This document shows, piece by piece, positions 1-9,506 of a stretch of DNA of 64,000 nt. A program made the position numbers and the translations under genes. The stretch spans positions 3,158-67,157 of the forward strand of contig CAKTXZ010000013.1 in the NCBI GenBank assembly GCA_934632155.1, in the 5' to 3' direction. The notes under the pieces were generated by a model that searched no databases, was not told the DNA's origin, and was given only the letters and a program-made list of their open reading frames with translations. The stretch is from an uncultured Clostridia bacterium (GTDB lineage Bacteria; Bacillota; Clostridia; Christensenellales; Aristaeellaceae). Within the stretch, counting starts at the first letter, position 1. Each line of letters opens with the position of its first letter.

Positions 1-1200
1 CTGCCGGAACATGTTCTGCTGAATATCCGCCAGCAGCTGCTCTATGTTCTGCGTCAGGCTGTCCAACGGCAGCGTAAACTTTTCCAGCGTATCGCGGCGC
101 ATAACGGTCGCCACGCCGTTTTCAATATCCTTGGGGCCCAGCTCAATGCGAACGGGCACACCCTTGAGCTCCCACTCGTTGAACTTCCAGCCAGGGGAAA
201 CGTTGTCGCGGTCGTCCAGCTTCACGCGCAGACCAGCCGCCTTGAGCGCCTGATACGCCTCCTCGCACTTTTCCATCACGCCGCCCTTATGCGCAGCAAT
301 GGGCAGAATAACCGCCTGATAGGGTGCGATCATGGGCGGCAGGCGCAGGCCGCGCTCATCGCCGTGGGTCATGATGATGGCGCCGATCAGGCGCGTGGAG
401 ACGCCCCAGCTGGTTTCGTAGCAGTATTCCAGCTTGCCCTCCTTGCTCAGGTACTGAATATTGAAGGGCACGGAGAAATTGGTGCCGAAGTTATGGCTCG
501 TGCCCGCCTGCAGCGCCTTGCCGTCCTGCATCATGGCCTCGATGGAATAGGTCGCCTGCGCGCCGGCGAACTTCTCCTTCTCGGATTTCTGGCCGGCGAA
601 GACCGGCATGGCCAGATTCTCTTCGCAGAAGGTACGGTATACGTTGAGCATCTGCTGGGTCTCGGCCTCGGCCTCCTCGGCAGTCGCGTGCACTGTATGC
701 CCCTCCTGCCACCAGAATTCCGCCGTGCGCAGGAAGGGACGCGTAGTCTTTTCCCAGCGCATCACGGAGCACCACTGGTTATATTTCAGCGGCAAATCGC
801 GCCACGACTGCACCCATTTGGAAAACATGGTGCAGAAAATGGTTTCGCTGGTAGGGCGCACCGCCAGCCGCTCCTGCAGCGGCTCCACGCCGCCCTGCGT
901 GACCCACGCCACCTCGGGCGCGAAGCCCTCGACATGCTCGGCCTCCTTGAGCAGCAGCGATTCGGGAATCAGCATGGGCATGGAAACGTTCTCGTGGCCC
1001 GTTTCCTTGAACATAGCGTCCATTTGCTCATGAATCAATTCCCAGATTCGATTGCCGTAGGGCTTGAGCGCCATGCAGCCGCGAACGGGCGTGTAATCCA
1101 TCAGGTCGGTCTGCGTAACCACGTCGGTATACCACTGGGAGAAGTTTTCGTCCCGCGGGGTGATATGCTGCACAAATTCCTGCTTTTTTTCCTTGGCCAT
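1..1200 (-). CDS. proS: proline--tRNA ligase (archaeal/eukaryote-like ProRS); first 400 codons, C-terminus beyond the left window edge
   Basis: Absent from the ORF track because it runs off the edge. My own minus-strand translation from ATG 1198-1200 gives MAKEKKQEFVQHITPRDENFSQWYTDVVTQTDLMDYTPVRGCMALKPYGNRIWE...MRWEKTTRPFLRTAEFWWQEGHT... and stays open to position 1. GGAGG lies upstream and a T-box leader precedes it. Confidence 0.9.
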   Translation of the reverse strand, partial: MAKEKKQEFVQHITPRDENFSQWYTDVVTQTDLMDYTPVRGCMALKPYGNRIWELIHEQMDAMFKETGHENVSMPMLIPESLLLKEAEHVEGFAPEVAWVTQGGVEPLQERLAVRPTSETIFCTMFSKWVQSWRDLPLKYNQWCSVMRWEKTTRPFLRTAEFWWQEGHTVHATAEEAEAETQQMLNVYRTFCEENLAMPVFAGQKSEKEKFAGAQATYSIEAMMQDGKALQAGTSHNFGTNFSVPFNIQYLSKEGKLEYCYETSWGVSTRLIGAIIMTHGDERGLRLPPMIAPYQAVILPIAAHKGGVMEKCEEAYQALKAAGLRVKLDDRDNVSPGWKFNEWELKGVPVRIELGPKDIENGVATVMRRDTLEKFTLPLDSLTQNIEQLLADIQQNMFRQ

Positions 1201-1204
1201 GATG

Positions 1205-1440
1205 CGTTTCCCTCCTCAAAAAATCAAGCCCCTCGTTCCTTTGCAGGGACGAAGGGCTGCTTCGCGGTACCACCTTGCTTGGCGCGGCGTGCGCGCCCGG
1301 CTTTCATGCCCTGTAACGGGAGCAGCCCGGCGGGGATTAGCCGCTGGCGCGCGGCTGGGCGCTTTCCCGCGCGCGCTCTCAGCCGATGACGCGCTTTCTG
1401 TCGTTGGGAAAGCAAGGGCCGCGCCTTGCCTGTGGAATTG
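1205..1440 (-). promoter_or_regulatory. T-box riboswitch leader of proS
   Basis: The minus strand reads AAGCAAGGTGGTACCGCGAAGCAGCCCTTCGTCCCTGCAAAGGAACGAGGGGCTTGATTTTTT. The canonical T-box motif GGTGGTACCGCG (1263-1274) overlaps the 5' arm of a terminator hairpin with a U-tract, just before the proS RBS. Confidence 0.8.
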
Positions 1441-1445
1441 AGAGC

Positions 1446-1474
1446 ATTATACACAATCCGCGCGGAAAATGCAA
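1446..1474 (-). promoter_or_regulatory. sigma-A type promoter for the proS leader
   Basis: Minus strand TTGCAT (1474-1469), 17-nt spacer, TATAAT (1451-1446). Confidence 0.6.
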
Positions 1475-1499
1475 GTTTTTTTCTTGGCCGCAGCCGCCT

Positions 1500-1748
1500 T
1501 CAGAGCAGCCGCAGCACAGCCATCGCCGCCCAGCCCGGCCAGCCCAGCAGCGCCGCCGCGCCGACCGTCGCGCCGTTCACGCCCATCACCCCCAGCGCGC
1601 CGGAAAGAGAAACGGCGGCAAACGCCCAGAAGACGCGCCGCGTCCATCGATACGCGCGCCCGACCGGCTGCGCCGCGCAGGCGAAGCAAACCAGCAGCGC
1701 GGTCATCGCGCCCAGGACGGCAAGGAAAAGCCAATGCGCTTTCGTCAT
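1500..1748 (-). CDS. small hydrophobic membrane protein (82 aa), unknown function
   Basis: The ORF is MTKAHWLFLAVLGAMTALLVCFACAA...GWPGWAAMAVLRLL, with a strong GGGAGGA RBS 5 nt upstream of the ATG. It is almost entirely hydrophobic. Confidence 0.55.
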   Translation of the reverse strand: MTKAHWLFLAVLGAMTALLVCFACAAQPVGRAYRWTRRVFWAFAAVSLSGALGVMGVNGATVGAAALLGWPGWAAMAVLRLL

Positions 1749-1776
1749 GGAATCCTCCCGCGTTCATGCGTTTTGA

Positions 1777-1806
1777 TTGACAAGCGTGGATACAATGATG
1801 TAAAAT
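1777..1806 (+). promoter_or_regulatory. sigma-A type promoter for the 1842 gene
   Basis: TTGACA (1777-1782), 18-nt spacer, TAAAAT (1801-1806), 35 nt before the ATG. Confidence 0.5.
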
Positions 1807-1841
1807 AGGGCATCCTGTTCCAAGGGCTGGAGGTAATTGTT

Positions 1842-2594
1842 ATGGGCATTATTCCGTCGAGAAATCTGGAGGATCAGCGCCGCGAGGAAAACGGCGTCGT
1901 ATATTTCGATCGCGGCCGCGTGCAGGGGCGCAACGGCCGGGAATATGATCGTTTCGCCATCCAGACGCATTTTGTCGAGGTGGGTGAAAGCCAGACGGCG
2001 CTGGTAGAGCGCTACGTGCGCCCGATCTATCAGGAGGGGGATCTGCTCTCCTTCGGCGCGAAGGTCATGGCCATGTGCACCAAGAACGTCAAAACCCGGC
2101 AGGACGTCAAGCCCGGCTTCTGGGCGAATTTCCTGTGGCGCTTTGCGGGCATCAACCATACGGGCGTGGGGATGCACGAGCCCTACAAGCTGCAATTGGT
2201 CATCGACATGTGCGGCCTGCCGCGCGTGCTGCTGGCGGTGTTCTGCTCCGCCGTCACCAAGCCCTTCGGCGTTCACGGCGTGTTTTATAAGGTCTGCGGC
2301 AAGGGCGTGGGCGGCATCGACGGCTTCTATTTCCGTTCCAGCTTTGACCGCTATAAGGAATTGGCGCTGATTAACCCGCCCAACCCGGTGGAGCTGTGCG
2401 ACGCGCTGGAAAAGGAAACGGGCATCCCCGTCGTGCTGATGGACGCTAACGACATCGAGCAGAACCAGCTGGGCAAATGCAGCGATTTCCCGCTGACGGA
2501 CGATGAAATTCAGGACGCCATGCGCGATAATCCCTCCGGTCAGGGCGACGAGCTGACGCCGTTGATTCTGATTCGCCCGGTGCAAAAGGCATAA
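1842..2594 (+). CDS. CofE-like (F420-0:gamma-glutamyl ligase family) protein
   Basis: 250-aa ORF with a GGAGG RBS. By eye it resembles CofE: GDLLSFGAKVMAM (cf. GDxxxxxSKxxSKAEG), VGGIDG, VVLMDANDI, and a C-terminal SGQGDELTPLILIRP (cf. GEGGDGIPAVVVRG). Confidence 0.5.
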   Translation: MGIIPSRNLEDQRREENGVVYFDRGRVQGRNGREYDRFAIQTHFVEVGESQTALVERYVRPIYQEGDLLSFGAKVMAMCTKNVKTRQDVKPGFWANFLWRFAGINHTGVGMHEPYKLQLVIDMCGLPRVLLAVFCSAVTKPFGVHGVFYKVCGKGVGGIDGFYFRSSFDRYKELALINPPNPVELCDALEKETGIPVVLMDANDIEQNQLGKCSDFPLTDDEIQDAMRDNPSGQGDELTPLILIRPVQKA

Positions 2595-2953
2595 AGCCGC
2601 GCCGCCAACGATCATGGATGCGCCGCAGGTTCCCCTGCGCATGCATCCGCCTCCTTTCTCATCGGCCCTTTATATCCATGCGGAAGAGGTTCCGTCGCGC
2701 GCCGCCCTTTGCGGACGGCGGGGCAGGCAATCCTTCGATTGCCGCCCAAGGCCCGTATTTTCGCTTTGCGAAGCCATACGGGCAGCAGCGCTGCGGAATC
2801 CCCTTCCGCTTTTTTGCGCGTTCATCATTCATAGGGATGAAATACGAAGCGTTTTTCATTCCGGCCGCGACGCCCGAAGGGAAACGTGCCGGGAAAAGCG
2901 GCGCCGAAGCGGAAGGGGGCGGGCAGCTCGAGCGCTTTAGACAGGAAATCGTA

Positions 2954-3361
2954 TCATTTCTTTTCGGGCAAGCTGCTCAGCAGCATGCCCGACAGTCCGC
3001 CGGCCGCCAGCCCCATCAGCACATCGATCACATACCCCATGACGCTGAGCTTCTGCCCGGACAGCAGCGCATAGGCCAGCACCCCCACGCCCATGTAAAG
3101 CAGCCCCAGCAGCGCGCCGCGGCGCACGCCGTTTTCCGCCCCGCGCGGCACAATGGCGCGCACGCCCAAAAAGATGGCCGCCACCTTCATCACCTGATTC
3201 ACAATGCGAATAACGCCGTCGCCCGGCTCTGTCAGCCCGATAATCAATGCAAATACCAGCACCATCAGCAGCGTGGCCAGCAACGATACGAGCAGGCCGC
3301 GCCACAGCGCCTGCGCGCCGGAAGTGCCGCGCCGAATCCGCCGAACCGCCTGATTTGTCAT
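2954..3361 (-). CDS. small integral membrane protein (TIGR04086/YrzE-like, tentative)
   Basis: I moved the start to the internal ATG at 3361 (MTNQAVRRIRRG...), which has GGGAGGCGGAGAA upstream. The track start at 3598 adds an Arg-rich, non-protein-like extension. The body has 3-4 hydrophobic helices with G/A-rich motifs. Confidence 0.55.
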   Translation of the reverse strand: MTNQAVRRIRRGTSGAQALWRGLLVSLLATLLMVLVFALIIGLTEPGDGVIRIVNQVMKVAAIFLGVRAIVPRGAENGVRRGALLGLLYMGVGVLAYALLSGQKLSVMGYVIDVLMGLAAGGLSGMLLSSLPEKK

Positions 3362-3616
3362 TTTCTCCGCCTCCCATGCTTTTTTTCCATGCGTATGCGC
3401 CCCCGCCGGTAAATATGCGAAGAAGAGGGATCCGCCGTCCGCGTCAAAGGCTCGGCGAAGCAGCCGCCCGCGTCCCGTAAAGCGACAAAAGCGCCCCGCT
3501 CTGCCGGCAGCCGCCGATAGAACGAAGCGCAAAGACCGATTCCGATATCGCTTTTTCACGGTCATTCCAAGATAACGCAGGAGCAGTCCGCCCTTCATTG
3601 GGCAAGCAGAAGGGCG

Positions 3617-4396
3617 TTAATCCTTCGGGCAAATTTCGCCTACGCCGGAAAGCACATAATGCGGGCGATAAGGGAACGCGTTGACCTGCTCCGCCGTCGT
3701 CACGCCCGAGAGCACCAGCACCGTATCCAGCCCGGTTTCCACCCCCGCGACGATATCCGTCTGCATATTATCGCCGATCATCGCCGCCTCGGCGCTGTGG
3801 CAGCCCAGCATCTTCAGACCCGTGCGCATCATCAGCGGGTTGGGCTTGCCCACAAAATAGGCGCTGCGCCCCGTGGTCAGCTCAATGGGCGATACCAGCG
3901 CGCGGCAGGCCGGGATGATCCCGCGCTCCGACGGGCCGGTCATGTCCGTGTTCGTGCCGATCAGGCGCGCGCCGTTCTGCACAAAATGAACAGCCTTGAG
4001 AATGCTTTCGTAATTATAGTTGCTCGTCTCCCCCACGATCACATAATCCGGGTTCACGTCGTTCATGGTAATGCCCGCCTCATACAACGCGTTAAACAGC
4101 CCGGGCGCGCCGATCACAAACGCCGTGCAGCCAGGGCTCTGGCTGGCGACAAATTTCGCCGTGGCCAGCGCGCTGGTGTAGAAATGGCTTTCATCCACGT
4201 CCATCCCCATGCGGCTGAGCTTCTGCGCCAGCTCGCGCGGGCTGCGCTCGGAGGAATTGGTCAGAAACAGAAAGCTCTTGCCCTCCTCCTGCAGCCAGCT
4301 GACAAACTGCTTCACGCCCGGCAGCAGCTGATTGCCGTGATAGATCACGCCGTCCATATCGCACAGGAAGCCCTTTTTGCTCCGCAGATTTTCCAT
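3617..4396 (-). CDS. HAD-IIA family sugar-phosphate phosphatase (NagD/YutF-like)
   Basis: MENLRSKKGFLCDMDGVIYHGNQLLPG...FLTNSS...GKPNP...IGDNMQTDIVAG carries HAD motifs I-IV. Start set at the ATG at 4396, downstream of AAGGAGAGG. Confidence 0.85.
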   Translation of the reverse strand: MENLRSKKGFLCDMDGVIYHGNQLLPGVKQFVSWLQEEGKSFLFLTNSSERSPRELAQKLSRMGMDVDESHFYTSALATAKFVASQSPGCTAFVIGAPGLFNALYEAGITMNDVNPDYVIVGETSNYNYESILKAVHFVQNGARLIGTNTDMTGPSERGIIPACRALVSPIELTTGRSAYFVGKPNPLMMRTGLKMLGCHSAEAAMIGDNMQTDIVAGVETGLDTVLVLSGVTTAEQVNAFPYRPHYVLSGVGEICPKD

Positions 4397-4541
4397 GTCC
4401 GCCTCTCCTTTGTCATAGGTTGCTTGCATTATAGCAGAAAACGCATTGGCGGGCAAGGGAAGCGGGCGGCGTTTTCCCCCGGCCCTTTCAGGCGCTCGTT
4501 CCCCGCCGCCCGTTCATCCCGCCTTTTCAGCGCGCAGGCGG

Positions 4542-6341
4542 CTATTTCTCCTTTTGAATATAGGTATACCGGCCAACCAGTCGCGGCATGCCGTCATACA
4601 GGCCGAAGGCGTCGGCAAATACGCGGTATTTCTTGCCGACCTCCCATTTGTCCGTGCTCATGTTTTCAATCATCACGGTGCGCTCCTGCGTTGAATCCAG
4701 CTTCATGATAGCCAGCTGCGGCTTTTCGGATTTGATCTGCGTGATCGTGCCCTTGCACACGTAGATCTGCGAATTGGCGATTCGTTTCTCCGCGAAATTC
4801 AGAAAATCGCCGTATTGCGCATCCATATCCCACGCCTTGCGGGTATAAACGGCGGCGATGGGCACATAGTACACGTTGTGCTTCACCACGCTGGTTTTAT
4901 AAGCCGTGCCGGGCGCGGAGGCCTCGATGATGATGGTGTTGGTGCCGATATGGTCAAACACCGGCTCAAAGGAAAACGAGCCGTTGACGGCCAGCTGCGT
5001 GGTGTCCAGATTGCGGTGCGGCGAAAGCACGTTGATCGTCGCCCATGTCACGGTCGTCCCGCGAACGGTCATGGCAATTTCCTTGCCCGTTTCCTCGTCC
5101 AGCAGCGGCGACCAGCGCTGCGCAATATCGGCGGCAAGGTCCAGCCGAATGTCCTGCGGCTCGCGATAGAGCGTAATCGTCATGGAATTCTGGCGGTAAT
5201 ACTGCGAACGGGTGACGATGGTAAACCTGTTTTCACCGATGGGCGAAACCGTCGCGTTATAGGAAATCAGGCCGTTCTGGGCGTTTACAAGGTCGGAGAA
5301 ATCCTCGCCGTTGATGGTAACGGTGCTGTTTTTCGCCACCTCGAACTGAATATTGTACAGCGCGGTGGACACCTCGGCGTAGGAAACGTCCGGGCTGACC
5401 AGCGTCAAGGGCGAAAGCGGAATCTCCACCTGATAGGTCACGACGTCCAGCGGCTTTTGCTCGCCCGCGCTGGTTTTAATATAGGGCGTGAGCGTGGCGG
5501 TGACCTCCTCCTGCGTGACGCTTTCGCTGTTTTCGTACCAGATGTAGTCCGCCACCTGAAACGTCGCATAGCCGCCCGCAACCGTGTAGGACTTACGAAG
5601 CTCCTTGATGTAGATGCTCGCGCCCTCCTGCGCGGGAAGCTTAACGGTATGCGCGGGCATATCGTTGTAGATGGAGGGGGTGATAATCGCGCGCTCCTGC
5701 AGCGGCGCGTCCTGCCGGTCGCGTACCAACGGCTTATATACGAACTGATACCCCGCCGCAACGACGCACAGCAAAATCAGCAGCACAGCGGCTACGCGCG
5801 TAAACCGGCGCAGGCCAAAGCGATGGCGAACCCGCATTTGGCGCGCCGTCATGCCGGATACGCGGCCGGTTCGGTAGGTCGCCTCATTGCCGAATTCATC
5901 ATAATCGATGGTGCGGCTGCTGACAACCGGAATCGCATCCGGGCGCGGCGCATCCTCCCGATCCTCCGCATCGGAGACGTAGAAGGTGCTCTGCACGGGC
6001 GGGAAGCGGGTTGAGCGTCCGTCCAGCGTTTGAACGTTGCGGCCGGTGGGTGCGATGCCCTGCGCGGCCGTTGCGGAACGCAGGCGGCGCTGCTCCTCCT
6101 CGCCCCGGTTTTTGCGTGCGAGCAGATCCTTCATTTCATCGGCCAGCCGATCGCGCTCGTCCATGGCCGGCGTCGCCTTGCCCTCTTCGCTAATCTGAAT
6201 ATAGGTTTTGCCCGGCGCAGCGTCGCTCAGCTGCTCAGCCGGGGTGGGCGCGGCTGCGCCGGATACCGGCAGCTCCGCGCCGCAGCGGAAGCAGCGGGGA
6301 AAGGACGCGCGGTTCCAATGGCCGCATTGGGGACATTTCAT
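4542..6341 (-). CDS. membrane-anchored protein with an N-terminal zinc ribbon and a large extracytoplasmic domain, unknown function
   Basis: Start at ATG 6341 (GGGAGGAAACAAA upstream): MKCPQCGHWNRASFPRCFRCGAEL. A single TM helix (VAAVLLILLCVVAAGYQFVY) is followed by ~370 aa rich in beta-type sequence. Confidence 0.7.
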   Translation of the reverse strand: MKCPQCGHWNRASFPRCFRCGAELPVSGAAAPTPAEQLSDAAPGKTYIQISEEGKATPAMDERDRLADEMKDLLARKNRGEEEQRRLRSATAAQGIAPTGRNVQTLDGRSTRFPPVQSTFYVSDAEDREDAPRPDAIPVVSSRTIDYDEFGNEATYRTGRVSGMTARQMRVRHRFGLRRFTRVAAVLLILLCVVAAGYQFVYKPLVRDRQDAPLQERAIITPSIYNDMPAHTVKLPAQEGASIYIKELRKSYTVAGGYATFQVADYIWYENSESVTQEEVTATLTPYIKTSAGEQKPLDVVTYQVEIPLSPLTLVSPDVSYAEVSTALYNIQFEVAKNSTVTINGEDFSDLVNAQNGLISYNATVSPIGENRFTIVTRSQYYRQNSMTITLYREPQDIRLDLAADIAQRWSPLLDEETGKEIAMTVRGTTVTWATINVLSPHRNLDTTQLAVNGSFSFEPVFDHIGTNTIIIEASAPGTAYKTSVVKHNVYYVPIAAVYTRKAWDMDAQYGDFLNFAEKRIANSQIYVCKGTITQIKSEKPQLAIMKLDSTQERTVMIENMSTDKWEVGKKYRVFADAFGLYDGMPRLVGRYTYIQKEK

Positions 6342-6696
6342 TTTGTTTCCTCCCGATTCGCGTGTGTTTTCAGCGTAAAACGAACGCCGCTCCGCGCTGC
6401 TTCGCCGCCCTTCAAGGCTCCCAGCGGCAGCGCAAGGGCGCAAAAGCGCGCGAGCGAATGAAAAACACACGCCGGTTTCCAGTTAAAACATTCGCACCGT
6501 CAAAGAAAAAATCCTGCATCCCGGCGCGCCTGTCCAAAAGGTTTACATGCTCTTCACACAACCTGCGATACTCCGCCGGCGCGCTTTCCGGTTCGATTGT
6601 CCAGCGCAACGCCTGCGCAAGCGGCAGGCAACCGGCGCGTTTGGGGCTAAGCGCATTCCGCCGCTCCGGCGGCGCGGGCCCGGCCACATGCCGCCC

Positions 6697-7434
6697 TCAT
6701 TCCCCCGCCGGATAAACGCCCGCCAGGCTTCGAATAACCTCCCCCGCCAGAATCATACCGGCAACGGGCGGAACAAAGGATACGCTGCCGGGCAGGTGAC
6801 GGCCGTTTTCGACGATAACCTCCTGCGTGGGGCGCGGCGGCTCGGTAGAATAGACTACCCGGTGCGCGGCAATGCCGCGCTTACGCAGCTGACTGCGCAT
6901 AACGCGCGCCAACGGGCAAACGGAGGTTTCGTATATATCCGCCGCGCGAAAGCGCGAAGGATCCAGCTTGTTGCCCGCGCCCAGCGCGCTGATAATGGGC
7001 ACGCCCTGCGCGTGCGCGCTTTCGATCAGCAGCAGCTTGGAGGTCACCGTGTCGATGCAATCGACGATATAATCAAACGCCAGAGGAATACCCGGCGCGG
7101 TGGAAGCGTCGTAAAAGCAGCAGTTCGCGTGGACGACCGCGTCCGGGTTGACGTCCAGCACACGGTCGCGCATTACGTCCACCTTGCGCCGCCCGATGGT
7201 GGAATGCAGCGCGACAAACTGGCGGTTGATGTTGCTGACGCTGACGACGTCGTTATCAAAGAGCGAAAGCTCCCCCACCCCGCCGCGCGCCAGCGCCTCT
7301 ACGCAGGCCGCGCCCACGCCGCCCACGCCGAAGACCGCCACATGGCTGCCCGCCAGCCTCGTCACAGCCTCGCGCCCCAGCAGCAGCTCGGCGCGGGAAA
7401 ACTCGTCTCCGTGCATGCTCATTCTTTTCTCCAT
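6697..7434 (-). CDS. tcdA: tRNA threonylcarbamoyladenosine dehydratase (ThiF/MoeB-family, TcdA/CsdL-like)
   Basis: FSRAELLLGREAVTRLAGSHVAVFGVGGVGAACVEALARGGVGELSLFDNDVVSVSNINRQ is an E1-like Rossmann GxGxxG motif. The start is uncertain among ATGs at 7434, 7422 and 7416. Confidence 0.75.
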   Translation of the reverse strand: MEKRMSMHGDEFSRAELLLGREAVTRLAGSHVAVFGVGGVGAACVEALARGGVGELSLFDNDVVSVSNINRQFVALHSTIGRRKVDVMRDRVLDVNPDAVVHANCCFYDASTAPGIPLAFDYIVDCIDTVTSKLLLIESAHAQGVPIISALGAGNKLDPSRFRAADIYETSVCPLARVMRSQLRKRGIAAHRVVYSTEPPRPTQEVIVENGRHLPGSVSFVPPVAGMILAGEVIRSLAGVYPAGE

Positions 7435-7517
7435 TTTTACATCCATTTGCATATTTTTCGGCAGCACAATTCCACAAACGCCCAATATTTATCGAATATC
7501 AGGCTTGCATTCTCCAC

Positions 7518-9485
7518 TTATAGCGTGTTTTCGTCCTCCAGCAGCTTTTGCACACGACCGAAATACTGCTCCACCTCAGCGTCAGTCAGCTTCAGATGCT
7601 TCTGCAGCAGCCCCACGATTTTCACCGGCCGCACACGCGCATAATACTTCACCGCCTTCACATTCTGCCGCCACTGCGCCATGGTAAAGTGCGGCCACCG
7701 CTTCAAATGCCGCGGCAAAAGCGTTTCCAGCGTTTCCTCCCACGGTGCGAAGGCGGCCTCAACATTCGGCCAGCGGAAGGAAAGCTCCAGCACCTGCGCA
7801 AAGCGCGTGAGGAACCTCGCCTTCATCTCGGGCACATTCAGCAGCGCGGCAAGCGGCTCATGCCGGAAGCCCTGCACCTTGTCCCCCACCTTTTTCAGGT
7901 AATACTTCATCGGCGAGGGATCCAGCGACAAAAAGCCCGCTTCCACGTCAAAGAGCAGATACTTCCATTTTCCGCCCGGCACACGGTAAACCCGCACGTT
8001 GGTAAAATCATCGTTGCCGATGATAATTTCAAACGCCGCGTGGGTAAACAGGCTGTCCACGTCCAGATTGTCCAGTACGTATTGCAGGTTCTCCGGCTTG
8101 TTCAGGTCGTTCTTTTTGCAAAAATCGCACAGCGCCAGCCAGTCGGTATTCTCGCCGTTCTGAACAAATTCGTCCCGTCCCGTCCGCGACAAAATATCGA
8201 TCCGGTCAATGTCCTTTTCCTCGGTCACGCCCTCCCATTGGGCGATGAAATGCTTGTTGATCTTCTCGCGCAGGTTGTAATGGCCCCAATATTCGCCGTT
8301 GATATAAACCTCGATGGCCAGCGCGTCCTGATAAATAATATCGAGCGGCTTGGCAAGGGAGGAAATCACCACGTCGCGCAGGCGCGTGGAAAACGCGTCC
8401 GAGTTCGTCGAGCGCAGCAGCAGCGATTTGTAGCTGTCATAATCCCTGTTCGGGAAGGGATTGAAATAGAACCTGTCCGGGCCGTACGCCTTACGCGCGT
8501 AGATCGCGATAGATTTTTGCGCGTTCTGGCGCGCCGAATGCCCCGCGGCGGTAAACGTGCCCATCTGATTGATTTGGCACATGCCGTCCGCGCCGAAAAA
8601 CTCGATATTGACAGGGTATTCCCATTCGCGCTCATAATTGGGGTAATCGGCGTTGCTGCCCTTCACCAGCGCGCCGGTTTTCTTATCAAAAAGGTATTTG
8701 TTATCCGTCGTGAGCGACACCACGGCGACGGGGCGCTCCTCGCCGATCCAATAGGTGGCCGATACCGTCGGCGAGGGCAGCATGCCGTCGGCAAACGCAC
8801 GCACGCGCAGCACGCCGGTTTTGTCAAATTTCACGCCGTTCTTGGGAAACGCCTTGGATTTTTCGGTTGGCGTCGCGCCGTCCAGCGTGTAGCGCAGCGT
8901 CGCGCCCGCCGGCGCCTGTGCGGTTACGGTAACGCCCGCATCGTAAAAGCCGCCCGCCGTGGTAATCGTGGGCGCGTCCAGCCGCGCGTCGCAGCCGGTT
9001 TTGACGTTCTTCTTGCCCGGCGTGGCCTCAGTCAAAAACTGATAGTCCCGGCCGCCGGACGGTATACCGTAGGAAACGTTGCCATACTGCGCGCCGAGCG
9101 TCAGCGTCGCGGCGGCGGTCTTCCCATCCGGCAGGGTCAAATACAGCGTATCGCCCGAGGCGGAGATCTTGAAATTTGCATAGAACACGCTGCCCTTGCC
9201 CGGCGTCATCTCCTCGCCCGTGCAATAAACCAGCAGATAGCCGCCGGCCTTGAGCTTCGTTCCGGCCGGGAACTGCCATTTGGTCGGCTTTTTCGCAGAG
9301 TCGGAAAGATAATAGCCGCTCAGGTCAACCGTTTTGCCGCCGTCGTTATACAATTCCAGCCAATCATACGCCTCGCCGTTGGTGTACACGCCGTTGGAGG
9401 CCATGACCTCGTTGAAGATGATCTCCGCGCTCGCGGGCAGGCTCAAAAGCAGCAGCAACGTCAGCACAAGCCAGAATCTGCGCAT
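7518..9485 (-). CDS. cotH: secreted CotH-family protein kinase with an N-terminal lamin-tail (LTD) domain
   Basis: Signal peptide MRRFWLVLTLLLLLSLPASA. The LTD-like segment is IIFNEVMASN...DWLELYNDG...VDLSGYYLSD. The CotH-like core includes YKSLLLRSTNSDAFSTRLRD...YINGEYWGHYNLREKI...LFDVEAGF. AAGGAGG RBS. Confidence 0.8.
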   Translation of the reverse strand: MRRFWLVLTLLLLLSLPASAEIIFNEVMASNGVYTNGEAYDWLELYNDGGKTVDLSGYYLSDSAKKPTKWQFPAGTKLKAGGYLLVYCTGEEMTPGKGSVFYANFKISASGDTLYLTLPDGKTAAATLTLGAQYGNVSYGIPSGGRDYQFLTEATPGKKNVKTGCDARLDAPTITTAGGFYDAGVTVTAQAPAGATLRYTLDGATPTEKSKAFPKNGVKFDKTGVLRVRAFADGMLPSPTVSATYWIGEERPVAVVSLTTDNKYLFDKKTGALVKGSNADYPNYEREWEYPVNIEFFGADGMCQINQMGTFTAAGHSARQNAQKSIAIYARKAYGPDRFYFNPFPNRDYDSYKSLLLRSTNSDAFSTRLRDVVISSLAKPLDIIYQDALAIEVYINGEYWGHYNLREKINKHFIAQWEGVTEEKDIDRIDILSRTGRDEFVQNGENTDWLALCDFCKKNDLNKPENLQYVLDNLDVDSLFTHAAFEIIIGNDDFTNVRVYRVPGGKWKYLLFDVEAGFLSLDPSPMKYYLKKVGDKVQGFRHEPLAALLNVPEMKARFLTRFAQVLELSFRWPNVEAAFAPWEETLETLLPRHLKRWPHFTMAQWRQNVKAVKYYARVRPVKIVGLLQKHLKLTDAEVEQYFGRVQKLLEDENTL

Positions 9486-9506
9486 GTTTTCCTCCTTATG
9501 AATCCG

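Noticed and set aside
2825-2860. Hairpin with loop ACGAAGCG, similar to the pgsA terminator hairpin at 34432-34464
   Set aside because: The similarity is short (about 20 nt, with indels) and GAAGCG-type strings are common in this GC-rich sequence. It is probably coincidental.
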